A stretch of 64,000 nt of DNA, from contig JAVVEA010000008.1 in the NCBI GenBank assembly GCA_032250835.1, positions 32,001 through 96,000 of the forward strand, written 5' to 3'. Of the stretch, positions 55,098-64,000 are shown piece after piece. Source of the stretch: a bacterium (GTDB lineage: Bacteria; SAR324; XYD2-FULL-50-16). The stretch's first letter is position 1. Every line of letters starts with the position of its first letter. The notes below the pieces were generated by a model. It was given only the letters and a program-made list of their open reading frames with translations, searched no databases and was not told where the DNA came from. A program made the position numbers and the translations under genes.

Positions 55098-55280
55098 TAT
55101 TTACCCCAGATTACTATAGGTTGAAATACGTGCAGATATTACAAAGTCAGAATGTTCATATCAACATAAAAAAAGCCTCAAGCTATAGGCAATCTTGATA
55201 TTGTCTTAGGAAAGCAAGTTCCATGAAGCTTTCTTCAACACAAGGATTGGCTTGGGTGGATGCCGCTAAAATTGATCAGC

Positions 55281-56183
55281 CTAAATCTCCCCCATCAGCG
55301 CCAAATACCCTTCATAAACCTCGCGGTCCAGCAGTTCCTTTTGCACTTCGGCTTTGACGTTGCAGTGGGGTTCGTGGGTGTGGGTGCAGTCGGCGTGTTT
55401 GCAGTGGCCGCTGTAGTCTTTGATCAAGGGGAAGTGGAAGCGCAGGTTGTCTTTGGTCGCCCCCCAAAGGCTGAACTCGCGGATGCCCGGCGTGTCGATC
55501 ACCTGGCCCGCTTCGCCGATGGAGATCATGCGGGCGTAGGTGGTGGTGTGGGCTCCCTTTTGGGTCTTCTCGCTGATCTCGCCTACTTTGAGGTCCAAGC
55601 CCGGAAAGAGCCGGTTGATCAGGCTCGACTTGCCCACCCCCGAAGGGCCCGAAAAGACGCAGACGCTGCTGCCGATCAACTCGGCCAAGCGGGCATCGTC
55701 GGCACTGCCGCCTTTACTGCTGAATAAAATTTCTAAGTCGATATTTAAGAAGGGGCGCAGGAAGGGCAGGTCTTTGTGGTGGTGGACCAAGTCCATTTTG
55801 GTCATCACCAAGACCGGGCGCACGTTGCCCAAGCTGGCGGCAACCAACATCCGCCAAACCAATCCGGCGCGCGGGTCCGGCTGTTTGGCCGCCAAGCTGA
55901 TGAACATCACGTCCACATTAGCGGCAATCACCTGTTCGGCCTCAATGCCCACCCGGGCGCGGGACAAGAAGGATTTGCGTTCTTCTAGGGCGCTGATCAG
56001 GCCGATGTCCTCGCCTTCGCCCATACGGTAACTGACCCGGTCCCCCACGGCGATTTGGTTGTCGAACTTGCTCTTTTGGAAGAGCGCTCCTTTGGCTTTA
56101 CACTCTACTTCGACCCCCTCGGGGGTGCGTAAGTAATAAAAACCTTTGGTGCGGCGGGCCACGGTGGCGATCAGCTCGGACAT
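55281..56183 (-). CDS. rsgA: Small-subunit ribosome biogenesis GTPase RsgA
   Basis: OB fold AVGDRV, TKMDL, GPSGVGKSSLIN, HTTT, IDTPG, Zn finger CKHADCTHTHEPHC. Confidence 0.96.
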   Translation of the reverse strand: MSELIATVARRTKGFYYLRTPEGVEVECKAKGALFQKSKFDNQIAVGDRVSYRMGEGEDIGLISALEERKSFLSRARVGIEAEQVIAANVDVMFISLAAKQPDPRAGLVWRMLVAASLGNVRPVLVMTKMDLVHHHKDLPFLRPFLNIDLEILFSSKGGSADDARLAELIGSSVCVFSGPSGVGKSSLINRLFPGLDLKVGEISEKTQKGAHTTTYARMISIGEAGQVIDTPGIREFSLWGATKDNLRFHFPLIKDYSGHCKHADCTHTHEPHCNVKAEVQKELLDREVYEGYLALMGEI

Positions 56184-56253
56184 AATACCAGGGGGTTGGG
56201 GGGCAATAATTGAGTCTTGTCTAGGTTAGCCCAACGGCCCCCTTAAGGCAAGA

Positions 56254-56673
56254 CTACCAAGTTCCCTGATTTTGCATCGACTTCCAGGGTTCCTCGGGCG
56301 GCAGCGGCTCGCCTTCTTGCAACAGCTCGATGCTGATCCCGTCGGGGCTTTTGACAAAGGCCATGTGCCCGTCTCGGGGCGGGCGGTTGATCACAATGCC
56401 TTGGTCTTGTAGGCGCTGGCAAAACTGGTAGATGTTCTCCACCGAAAGGGCCAAATGCCCAAAGTTGCGGCCCTGGCTGTAAGTTTCGGGCTCGTCCCAA
56501 TTGTAGGTCAGTTCCAGCTTGGTCTCGTTTTCGCCCAACTGCAAGAAGACCAGCGTAAACCGGCCCTCGTGAAATTCACGCCGCCAAGTTTCATGAAAGC
56601 CCATCTGCTCTACCCAGAACTTCAGCGAGGTTTCTAAATCAAAGACCCGGATCATGACATGCAAAAACTTCAT
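56254..56673 (-). CDS. gloA: Lactoylglutathione lyase / VOC-family protein
   Basis: LHVMIRV, LELTYNW, FGHLA, AFVKSPDGISIELL. Confidence 0.85.
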   Translation of the reverse strand: MKFLHVMIRVFDLETSLKFWVEQMGFHETWRREFHEGRFTLVFLQLGENETKLELTYNWDEPETYSQGRNFGHLALSVENIYQFCQRLQDQGIVINRPPRDGHMAFVKSPDGISIELLQEGEPLPPEEPWKSMQNQGTW

Positions 56674-56799
56674 CAGTCCTCTTGGGGAAAATTAGGGGGA
56701 ATGGTGAGGGGGCGCACTTGAGCTTTTTGTCGGCATCGGCTAAAGATTATAGATTACGCCCAATTTGTATAGTTACCGACCATCTTAGGGGAAGTTTCG

Positions 56800-58200
56800 A
56801 TGAAAAAGACGATGTTTCAAAAGATCTGGGATGCCCATGTGGTCTTCGAAGAGCCGGGCTTGACCCCCTTGCTCTACGTGGACCGGCATCTGATGCACGA
56901 GGTGACCAGTCCTCAGGCTTTTGAAGGCCTGCGCCAACGCAGCCGCCAGATCCATCGCCCCGAAGCGGTTTTGGCCACTATGGACCATTGTATCCCGACC
57001 ATCAACCGGGATCAACCCATTGCTGACCCCATTGCCGCCAAACAAGTCCAGACGCTGCAAGACAACTGCGATGCTAACGGCTTGAACTTGTTTAATATGC
57101 ACAGCCCCAACAACGGCATCATCCACGTGGTGGCTCCGGAAAACGGCTTCACCCATCCGGGCATGGTGATCGTCTGCGGCGATTCGCACACCGCCACCCA
57201 CGGCGCTTTTGGGGCTTTGGCCTTTGGTATCGGCACCAGCGAGGTGGAGCATGTTTTGGCGACCCAGACGCTACCCCAGAAGAAGGGCAAGACGATGTTG
57301 ATCTCCGTCGAGGGCAGCCTCAAGCCCGGCGTGACCTCTAAAGACGTGACCATGGCCATCATCGGCAAGATCGGCACCGCGGGCGGCACCGGGTATATTG
57401 TGGAATATGCCGGCAGCACCATCCGCGAAATGAGCATGGAAGGGCGCATGACCCTCTGCAACATGGCTATTGAAGCCGGTGCCCGCGCCGGTATGGTGGC
57501 GCCAGACGAAAAAACCTTTGAGTACCTTAAGGGCAAAAAACATGCACCCCAGGCGGACCAATGGGACCAAGCGGTAGCTTACTGGAAGAGCATGGCCACC
57601 GACGAAGGCGCTACTTTTGACGCCGTGGTGGAACTGAAAGCCGAAGAGATCGAGCCGCAAATCACCTGGGGCACCAGCCCCGAGCAGGTGATTTCGGTCA
57701 ATCAAAGCGTTCCCGCCCCGGCGGACATGGACGAGGCGGGCAAACAATTGGCGGTCAAGAATGCGCTGGCCTATATGGGCTTAAGCGCCGGGCAGAAGAT
57801 GACCGACGTGACCCTGGATTGGGTTTTTATCGGCTCTTGCACCAACAGCCGCATCGAAGACATGCGCGCCGCCGCCGCCGTGGCCAAAGGCAAGCAGGTG
57901 AACCCCAAGGTCCGCGCTATTGTCGTGCCGGGGTCTTATCCGGTCAAGCTGCAGGCCGAGGCCGAAGGCTTAGACAAGATCTTCACCGCCGCCGGTTTTG
58001 AATGGCGCGAGCCCGGCTGCAGTATGTGCTTGGCCATGAATGGCGACGAACTAAAGCCCGGTGAACGCTGCGCCTCGACCAGCAACCGCAACTTTGAAGG
58101 TCGCCAAGGCAAGGGCGGACGCACCCATTTGGTCAGCCCCGCCATGGCCGCCGCTGCCGCCATCGAAGGCCGGTTTGTGGATATCCGCAACTGGAATTAA
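56800..58200 (+). CDS. leuC: 3-isopropylmalate dehydratase large subunit
   Basis: [42 protein letters not shown]. Confidence 0.97.
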   Translation: MKKTMFQKIWDAHVVFEEPGLTPLLYVDRHLMHEVTSPQAFEGLRQRSRQIHRPEAVLATMDHCIPTINRDQPIADPIAAKQVQTLQDNCDANGLNLFNMHSPNNGIIHVVAPENGFTHPGMVIVCGDSHTATHGAFGALAFGIGTSEVEHVLATQTLPQKKGKTMLISVEGSLKPGVTSKDVTMAIIGKIGTAGGTGYIVEYAGSTIREMSMEGRMTLCNMAIEAGARAGMVAPDEKTFEYLKGKKHAPQADQWDQAVAYWKSMATDEGATFDAVVELKAEEIEPQITWGTSPEQVISVNQSVPAPADMDEAGKQLAVKNALAYMGLSAGQKMTDVTLDWVFIGSCTNSRIEDMRAAAAVAKGKQVNPKVRAIVVPGSYPVKLQAEAEGLDKIFTAAGFEWREPGCSMCLAMNGDELKPGERCASTSNRNFEGRQGKGGRTHLVSPAMAAAAAIEGRFVDIRNWN

Positions 58201-58226
58201 ACGGTTCAAACAGGAGTTTTTGATAG

Positions 58227-58838
58227 ATGGAAGCCTTTACCCAACTGACCGGCGTCGCGGCGCTGTTGAACCGCGACAACATCGACACGGACCAAATCAT
58301 TGCCAAGCAGTTTTTAAAAAAGACCGAAAAGACGGGCTTCGGCAAGCACCTGTTTCACGACTGGCGTTACGACGCAGCAGGCAAGGAAAACCCGGAATTT
58401 GAGTTGAACAATCCCGCCTTTAAGGGTGCGTCCATCTTGGTGACCGGCGACAACTTTGGCTGTGGTTCTTCACGCGAGCACGCCCCCTGGGCGATTGCCG
58501 ACTTTGGCCTGCGTGTCATTGTGGCCACCAGCTACGCGGACATTTTTTACAACAACTGCTTTAAAAACGGCATCTTGCCGATTGTAGCCACCGCCGCCCA
58601 GCGCGACCAGCTGGCTGGCGAGATCGAAGCGAACCCCGGCGTGGCCTTTACCGTTGACCTTGCCGCCCAAAAGATCAGCACCCCCGGCGGGCTGGAAGTG
58701 GGCTTTGAGATCGACGACTTCCGCAAGGAAAAGCTGCTCAAGGGCCTAGACGACATCGACACCTCTTTGTTGTTGATGGACCGGATTACCGCTTTTGAAG
58801 CAAAGCAGAAAGCACAACTTCCCTGGCTTTGGAAATAA
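58227..58838 (+). CDS. leuD: 3-isopropylmalate dehydratase small subunit
   Basis: NIDTDQII, NFGCGSSREHA, IFYNNCFKNG. Confidence 0.97.
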   Translation: MEAFTQLTGVAALLNRDNIDTDQIIAKQFLKKTEKTGFGKHLFHDWRYDAAGKENPEFELNNPAFKGASILVTGDNFGCGSSREHAPWAIADFGLRVIVATSYADIFYNNCFKNGILPIVATAAQRDQLAGEIEANPGVAFTVDLAAQKISTPGGLEVGFEIDDFRKEKLLKGLDDIDTSLLLMDRITAFEAKQKAQLPWLWK

Positions 58839-58839
58839 C

Positions 58840-60363
58840 ATGGCAAAGGACAACCGCAAGGTCTTGATCCTCGACACCACCCTACGCGACGGCGAACAGA
58901 CCCAGGGGGTTTCGTACGCACCGGCCGAAAAGGCCAACATCGCCAAGGCGCTCTTAGAGGTCTTGAAGGTGGACCGGGTCGAGGTTGCTTCGGCCCGCGT
59001 GTCCGAAGGGGAGAAACAGGCGGTTGCCTCGATCAACGCTTGGGCGAGCCAAAAGGGCTTTGCCGAGAAGGTCGAGGTCCTGGGCTTTGTGGATTTTAAT
59101 AAGTCCGTTGATTGGATCAAAGAAGCAGGCGGGCAGGTGATCAACCTGTTGACCAAAGGCAGCCTCAAACACTGCGAGGAACAGCTCAAAAAGTCCCCCG
59201 CCGCCCATTGGGAAGACATCAAAAAAACCATCGCCTACGCCCAGGAACAGGGCGTTCGGGTCAATGTGTATCTGGAAGACTGGTCCAACGGGTATAAAGA
59301 CTCGCCGGACTACGTTTTTGAGATGATGGACGCTCTGGCGGATCAGCCGATCGAGCACTTTATGCTGCCCGATACCTTGGGTGTGATGGGCCCCGAAGAG
59401 GTCTATTTGGCCTTAGAAGACATGATTGGCCGCTGGCCCGAAAAGAGCTTCGACTTCCACCCGCACAACGATTACGGCCTAGCCACCGCCAACGTCCTGG
59501 CGGCGGTCCGCGCCGGGGTCAAGACCGTGCATTGCACCATCAACTGCATGGGCGAGCGGGCGGGCAACGCCAGTTTGGCTGAAGTAGCGGTGAACCTGCG
59601 CGACCGCTTCTGTATGAAGCTGAACATTGTGGAAACGGAGTTGGTGACCCTCAGCCGGATGGTCGAGAACTTCAGCGGCAAGCGCATTGCCGACAACGCC
59701 CCCATTGTGGGCAGCAACGTCTTCACCCAAACGGCAGGCATCCACGCCGACGGGGACCACAAGGGCGGCTTGTATCAAAGCGACCTACGCCCCGAGCGCT
59801 TTGGCCGCAAGCACACCTATGCTTTGGGCAAGATGGCCGGTAAGGCCAGCTTGATCAAAAACCTAGAAGAACTGGGCTTGCACCTAAGCGAAGAGAACCA
59901 AAAGAAGGTGCTCAAGCGCATCATCGAGTTAGGCGACGCCAAGGCCGAGATCACCGCCGAGGACCTTGAATTTATCATTGCCGACGTGCTTGAAGCCGCC
60001 GGTTCGGACCGCTACAACCTACTTAACTGCACCATCACCAGCGGCCTGGAACTGGAATCTACAGTCAGTGTGCGGGTCAAGGTGGGCAAGAAAGAACGCC
60101 TCGCTTCGGGTATCGGCAACGGCGGCTTCGATGCCTTTGTACAGGCCATGAAGAAGATCACCGAACCCGAGTCCGTCAAGTTCCCCGAACTGCTGGACTA
60201 CGAAGTCCGCATCCCCAAGGGCGGCAAAACCAGCGCCCTGACGGAATGTATCATCACCTGGAAAGGGGCCGAGCGCAATTTTAAGACCCGCGGCGTACAC
60301 CACAACCAAGTCTTCGCCGCCGTGCACGCCACCATCAAAATGCTGAATCTGGTGGGGGGGTAA
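58840..60363 (+). CDS. cimA: (R)-citramalate synthase (LeuA/CimA family, Leptospira/Bacteroidota-like)
   Basis: DTTLRDGEQT, EVASARVS, YLEDWSNG, FHPHND, QTAGIHADGD, C-terminal regulatory domain. Confidence 0.8.
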   Translation: MAKDNRKVLILDTTLRDGEQTQGVSYAPAEKANIAKALLEVLKVDRVEVASARVSEGEKQAVASINAWASQKGFAEKVEVLGFVDFNKSVDWIKEAGGQVINLLTKGSLKHCEEQLKKSPAAHWEDIKKTIAYAQEQGVRVNVYLEDWSNGYKDSPDYVFEMMDALADQPIEHFMLPDTLGVMGPEEVYLALEDMIGRWPEKSFDFHPHNDYGLATANVLAAVRAGVKTVHCTINCMGERAGNASLAEVAVNLRDRFCMKLNIVETELVTLSRMVENFSGKRIADNAPIVGSNVFTQTAGIHADGDHKGGLYQSDLRPERFGRKHTYALGKMAGKASLIKNLEELGLHLSEENQKKVLKRIIELGDAKAEITAEDLEFIIADVLEAAGSDRYNLLNCTITSGLELESTVSVRVKVGKKERLASGIGNGGFDAFVQAMKKITEPESVKFPELLDYEVRIPKGGKTSALTECIITWKGAERNFKTRGVHHNQVFAAVHATIKMLNLVGG

Positions 60364-60613
60364 ACCCTTCCCCCAGGTGGTTGAAGAGGGCCAGGGTACG
60401 CGAGAGCGTGCCTTCTGCCTAACTTGCCGGTCCCTTCTTGGACCAAAGGCCCCGCCCTGCCGCCTTGCTGGCTAGCTCTTAGCCTAAAATGATTGCCCCT
60501 GTCGGATAGATAGGGTAAACTCCCCGGTATTGATAACTTAAGTTTTCTCTGTAAATGGCTTCTGGCTCTAGCTTAACCAGCTATCCTCCCCAAAAGTTTT
60601 AGGTGCAACTAAA

Positions 60614-61063
60614 ATGTTTTTTGCTCGCTTAACTACCGGCCTCGTTGTGGCCGGACTGTTGTTTTTTGGTGGTTCTAGACAGGCCCTCGCGGTCGGCAAA
60701 GAAGCCCATTCTACCGTGATTGCCCTGATGTTAGTTAGCGGCAGCACCAGCCTTTACGACGGCGTGCAATTCAACAAGCTGGCCGACGAAAATAAGGGAT
60801 TGGAAACTGAGTATTCCACCACCACTAGCACGACCCGCCGCCTAGAAATCGAACAGAAATACAGTAAAAACAAAGAAGAGATGCAGTTGCTTGATAAGCG
60901 TATGGTATTGGCTGATCAGGTAACCCTTGCTTTTGCCGGTCTGGAAGTCGTTTTATTGCTGCAAACGGGCTTAGAGAAATTGTTTAGTGACGGGCGGCAT
61001 TGGGAACTTCGGCCCATGGTCCGCCGCGAAGGTTCCGGGTTTGAATTTAGTTGGAAATATTAA
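60614..61063 (+). CDS. Exported hypothetical protein with hydrophobic hairpin and C-terminal beta-hairpin
   Basis: Signal peptide; coiled coil between two hydrophobic stretches; ends WELRPMVRREGSGFEFSWKY. Confidence 0.65.
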   Translation: MFFARLTTGLVVAGLLFFGGSRQALAVGKEAHSTVIALMLVSGSTSLYDGVQFNKLADENKGLETEYSTTTSTTRRLEIEQKYSKNKEEMQLLDKRMVLADQVTLAFAGLEVVLLLQTGLEKLFSDGRHWELRPMVRREGSGFEFSWKY

Positions 61064-62094
61064 TGAAATCAATTAAATACCTGATAATATTAAGCCTGCT
61101 AGTCGGCTGTGGCAAGCAACTGACCCAGGATAATCAAGGGGCGGCGGATAAAGAATTGCCTGAAAGGACCACACTGACCTTTTCCGGCCTTAGCGGTACG
61201 CCCGCCGAAGGTGGGGCAACGGCCAGCATGACCGTTCAAGCGGGCTACGCCCCGACCAGTTCCTTTACTTTGACCTTGACGGATGCCCAGAACCAGATTT
61301 CCTTTAGCCCAGAAAAGTTAGTCTTTACCGCCGACAACTGGTCCGTGGCCCGAGAGGTGACGATCACGGCTATTGATGATTCCGATAACGACGACAACGC
61401 CGTAGGGACCGTAGGGTTTAGAGTCTTAACCGACGATCTGGTCTACCAAAAGGCGACCGCCAATAGCTATTCGGTGAGTACCCTGGATAACGACAGCCGA
61501 CTCGACGAATTGGGAGCCTACGAGTTTACCTTGCTGCGCTCGGGCGGGACCTGTCCCGCCGGCTTTACCGCCGGGTCCATCAGCTTAGATACCGAGGACT
61601 TAAGTAACAACGACAGCGTGACCGGCGAGGTGGGGGATACCTGGACCGGGTCGAACGGGCTGCATCTTGAGCTTTGCACCTTGGACCAGCCGATCTCTAG
61701 TGCTTGGTCTAATGCTACGGCCACGGGGTTTGCCTTCTTGCGCCATGGGGGAAGTTGTCCTAGCGGGATGGCCGAAGGAACCATCCGCATCAACAGCGAA
61801 ATCGACAATACGGACAGTAGCATATCGGGCAATGCTGGCGACAGCTACATTAAGGCACCCTATGTCTACTTAGAAACCTGCGAATCCACCGCCAGCTTCG
61901 ACTATACCCTGTTAGAAACCGCCTCGTTTACGCTCTTTAAAAGTGGCAGCTGCCCTGGCTCTTCTTCAGGGGCGATCATCAAGGTAGACACCGAAGACGA
62001 CACAAATTACGACGCTTGGTCCGGAGCGGTCGGCGACAGCTACGTCTCCCAAGACCAGGGCACCAGCGTCTTCTTGCAGGTTTGCACCTATTAG
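61063..62094 (+). CDS. Lipoprotein: Ig/Calx-beta-like domain plus three ApeC(apextrin)-like Cys repeats
   Basis: Lipobox LVGC; LVFTADNWSVAREVTITAIDD; repeats G.CP.G..G.I..D(T)ED…G..GD…L..C; TAATG coupling to the upstream gene. Confidence 0.75.
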   Translation: MKSIKYLIILSLLVGCGKQLTQDNQGAADKELPERTTLTFSGLSGTPAEGGATASMTVQAGYAPTSSFTLTLTDAQNQISFSPEKLVFTADNWSVAREVTITAIDDSDNDDNAVGTVGFRVLTDDLVYQKATANSYSVSTLDNDSRLDELGAYEFTLLRSGGTCPAGFTAGSISLDTEDLSNNDSVTGEVGDTWTGSNGLHLELCTLDQPISSAWSNATATGFAFLRHGGSCPSGMAEGTIRINSEIDNTDSSISGNAGDSYIKAPYVYLETCESTASFDYTLLETASFTLFKSGSCPGSSSGAIIKVDTEDDTNYDAWSGAVGDSYVSQDQGTSVFLQVCTY

Positions 62095-62563
62095 CAGCAC
62101 CGCCGCGGCGGTCGCTAGCGCTTTGAAGGGACCTAAACAAACTTCCCCCGCAGCTTCTTGGGCAGCTTCGAAAGATACAAAATCTTTTGCAGGGTGTCGG
62201 TGGTTTTCTTGGGGCCTAAAAGGTGCGCACCCTTTTGGCTGCCCTAAACCCCAGACCTTTCTCTGTATTCCTCGTTAGACAGGTTGGCGAAGCCCTCCCG
62301 AAAAACTCCCGCCCATTCTGCGCCCTTCCCAAACATTTTTTAAGCTTTAACCCTCCACCTCCCCACCGAGGTTGTGGCTAGCAAGCCCCCGGAAGTTAAA
62401 TAGGTAAAGGGTCCCCCCACTTTGCTAAAAAAAAGGGGTCCGGTGGCCCGAAACCCAGTGGCGTTGCCCTAGTCTTAGTGGCTTTCTGTTCAGCGGGGGA
62501 GGTTGACGCCTGCGGGTACGGTTGATTTAAGGCGGGTCTAATGGACAGCCTTTGCATCTGGGT

Positions 62564-62583
62564 ATACATTAGTACATACATTA
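62564..62583 (+). promoter_or_regulatory. Direct repeats, candidate RHH-antitoxin operator
   Basis: ATACATTA at 62564 and 62576 just before the GGAGG RBS of the antitoxin gene. Confidence 0.5.
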
Positions 62584-62593
62584 CCGGAGGCTT

Positions 62594-62836
62594 ATGTTCC
62601 GCACCCAAATCTATCTGACCGAGTCGGAGCGCGAGGGGTTAAAGGCCCTTTCGGCTCAAGAAGGCACCAGCCAAAGCGAGCTGATCCGCCAAGCCATTGA
62701 CCGCTACCTCCTGGAGCACCAGCAAAAGGACTGGAAAGGCAACCTGTTGGCCCTTGCGGGGTGTTTGTCTGAGAAAGAGGATTGGCCGGACTTTCAGGCC
62801 CTGCGCGCCGAAGGGGACCGGGAGTTGAACTGGTGA
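62594..62836 (+). CDS. vapB: CopG/RHH-family antitoxin (VapB-like)
   Basis: RTQIYLTE…SQSELIRQAIDRYL. Confidence 0.85.
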   Translation: MFRTQIYLTESEREGLKALSAQEGTSQSELIRQAIDRYLLEHQQKDWKGNLLALAGCLSEKEDWPDFQALRAEGDRELNW

Positions 62837-63249
62837 AGCCCTACTTGCTCGACACCTGCATCCTGATCGACTTCAGCCGAGGCAACCCCCAGGCCGGTGA
62901 GTTCATGCAAGGATTGGAGCAACAACCGCTGATTTCCTCACTGGTCGTCGCCGAGTTATACGCCGGAATCAAAAAGCCCAAGGAGCGGGCTTTGGTGGGG
63001 AAATTAGTTGAGGCATGCTGCGTGGTGGAATTAACGCAGACCATGGCCGAACAAGGCGGCAAGTGGCGCGCCCAATACGGCCCCAGCCACCACGTTGGCC
63101 TAATCGACCCCCTCCTAGCCGCCACCGCCCAGGAAGCGGGAGCAGTTTTCGCCACCCTAAACCTAAAGCACTTCCCTATGCTGGGTGCAAAGACGTTGCT
63201 CAAGCCTTACCAAAAGGTTTGGGGAATCTGCGGCCTCCCGCCCCAATGA
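62833..63249 (+). CDS. vapC: PIN-domain toxin VapC
   Basis: YLLDTCILID, VVAELYAG, IDPLLAATA, TLNLKHF; GTGA overlap with the antitoxin. Confidence 0.9.
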   Translation: MKPYLLDTCILIDFSRGNPQAGEFMQGLEQQPLISSLVVAELYAGIKKPKERALVGKLVEACCVVELTQTMAEQGGKWRAQYGPSHHVGLIDPLLAATAQEAGAVFATLNLKHFPMLGAKTLLKPYQKVWGICGLPPQ

Positions 63250-63389
63250 GTTCCGTTTTAGGACCATTAGACCTACGGTCGCCAAACGGTTCCAATTCCG
63301 CGAATTCATGGGCTAGAGGGACCTGTATTCGCCAGGGTCTGAAGTTGAAACGGCGGCGCTGTTTTTTTAGGACGCGGTGAAAAGCCCAC

Positions 63390-63692
63390 TTAGGCTTCAG
63401 CTAGCGCCTCAAAGGGCTTGATCTTGGGCAAGCTTTTATCTTGGCCCGCCTCCCAAAGGTCCACTGCTTCTTGTAGGTTCAACCAGAACTCGGGACTGGT
63501 CTGGGTAAACATTCCCAGCCGGATCGCCATATTCGCCGAAAGCGCTTGCCGCTCGTTGACCAGAGCACTGATGGTTTTGCGGGTGACGCCCAACCGGTCC
63601 GCTAAACCCTGCTGGCTCAAGCCAAATTCCGCCAAAATATCTTCTTTGATGTAAACACCTGGATGGGTGGGCCTTACGTTGCTGCGGATCAT
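63390..63692 (-). CDS. higA: HigA-family antitoxin (HTH-XRE)
   Basis: PTHPG.YI…LADRLGVTRKTIS…MAIRL…SPEFWLNLQ. Confidence 0.93.
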   Translation of the reverse strand: MIRSNVRPTHPGVYIKEDILAEFGLSQQGLADRLGVTRKTISALVNERQALSANMAIRLGMFTQTSPEFWLNLQEAVDLWEAGQDKSLPKIKPFEALAEA

Positions 63693-63701
63693 TGGCTTTC
63701 C

Positions 63702-63980
63702 TTAGTGGTAATCTTCAAAGAGAACATCCTGAGCGCCATCGTTCCAACTAAAGGAGATGCGCCACTGGATGTTGATTCGAATGGCGTATCTGGCGGGGTT
63801 GTGCCCCTGCAAAGCGTGAAACTTATTGGAAGGGGGAAAGTAAAGGTCCTCAAGCCTACTGGCAGCATGAAGACGATCCAACCCTTTTTTTACTTTGCGG
63901 GCGAGGTTAAAATCAACATTCTTGGCTTTCCCTTCTGTGAAGAGCTGTGCAGTGGTTTTGTCTCGGAAGAAATGGATCAT
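63702..63980 (-). CDS. higB: HigB/RelE-family toxin (plasmid maintenance killer type)
   Basis: FRDK.T…LEDL.FPPSNKFHAL.G…IRINIQWRISF.W…EDYH; toxin upstream of antitoxin. Confidence 0.93.
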   Translation of the reverse strand: MIHFFRDKTTAQLFTEGKAKNVDFNLARKVKKGLDRLHAASRLEDLYFPPSNKFHALQGHNPARYAIRINIQWRISFSWNDGAQDVLFEDYH

Positions 63981-64000
63981 TGAAGGTTATTGTGTTTACC

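Noticed and set aside
1-64000. CRISPR array, rRNA, integrase/transposase or prophage genes
   Set aside because: No regularly spaced repeat-spacer series seen in the intergenic regions, and no ORF with cas, integrase, transposase or phage structural motifs

Overview
A 64-kb, GC-rich, gene-dense chromosomal segment from a diderm bacterium; the lineage cannot be fixed from sequence alone, though the gene repertoire looks delta-proteobacterial/SAR324-like. I found no CRISPR array, rRNA, prophage or intact IS. Housekeeping genes: 3' end of recQ, CCA-adding enzyme, tlyA, rbgA, rsgA, rne, map, leuS, tRNA-Asn(GTT), gloA-like and leuC-leuD-cimA. Energy and carbon genes: a K+-dependent membrane pyrophosphatase and a two-subunit ATP-citrate lyase with a long alpha chain (rTCA marker). 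Accessory modules: (i) ABC exporter; (ii) decaheme cytochrome c plus cytochrome-b-like partner beside a heme-PAS hybrid kinase; (iii) decayed RhuM-Fic gene next to a CsoR/RcnR-DmeF-HupE/UreJ Ni/Co cluster; (iv) two di-iron ODP proteins behind a small protein made of two degenerate chemoreceptor-tip motifs; (v) a 9-kb TetR-MMPL-MMPL-barrel-LolA-like-barrel-TetR locus with two distinct operator pairs and a shared acidic Gly-Phe motif; (vi) a DUF104-PilZ fusion; (vii) three tandem paralogues of an unrecognised 2-TM/four-Cys family next to a c'-type cytochrome; (viii) a lipoprotein with three apextrin(ApeC)-like repeats coupled to a putative outer-membrane partner; (ix) VapBC and HigBA toxin-antitoxin pairs. 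An unexplained structured element of about 100-160 nt lies downstream of rne. The best candidates for undescribed systems are vii, viii, iv and v. Family assignments come from motif recognition by eye; no database searches were run.
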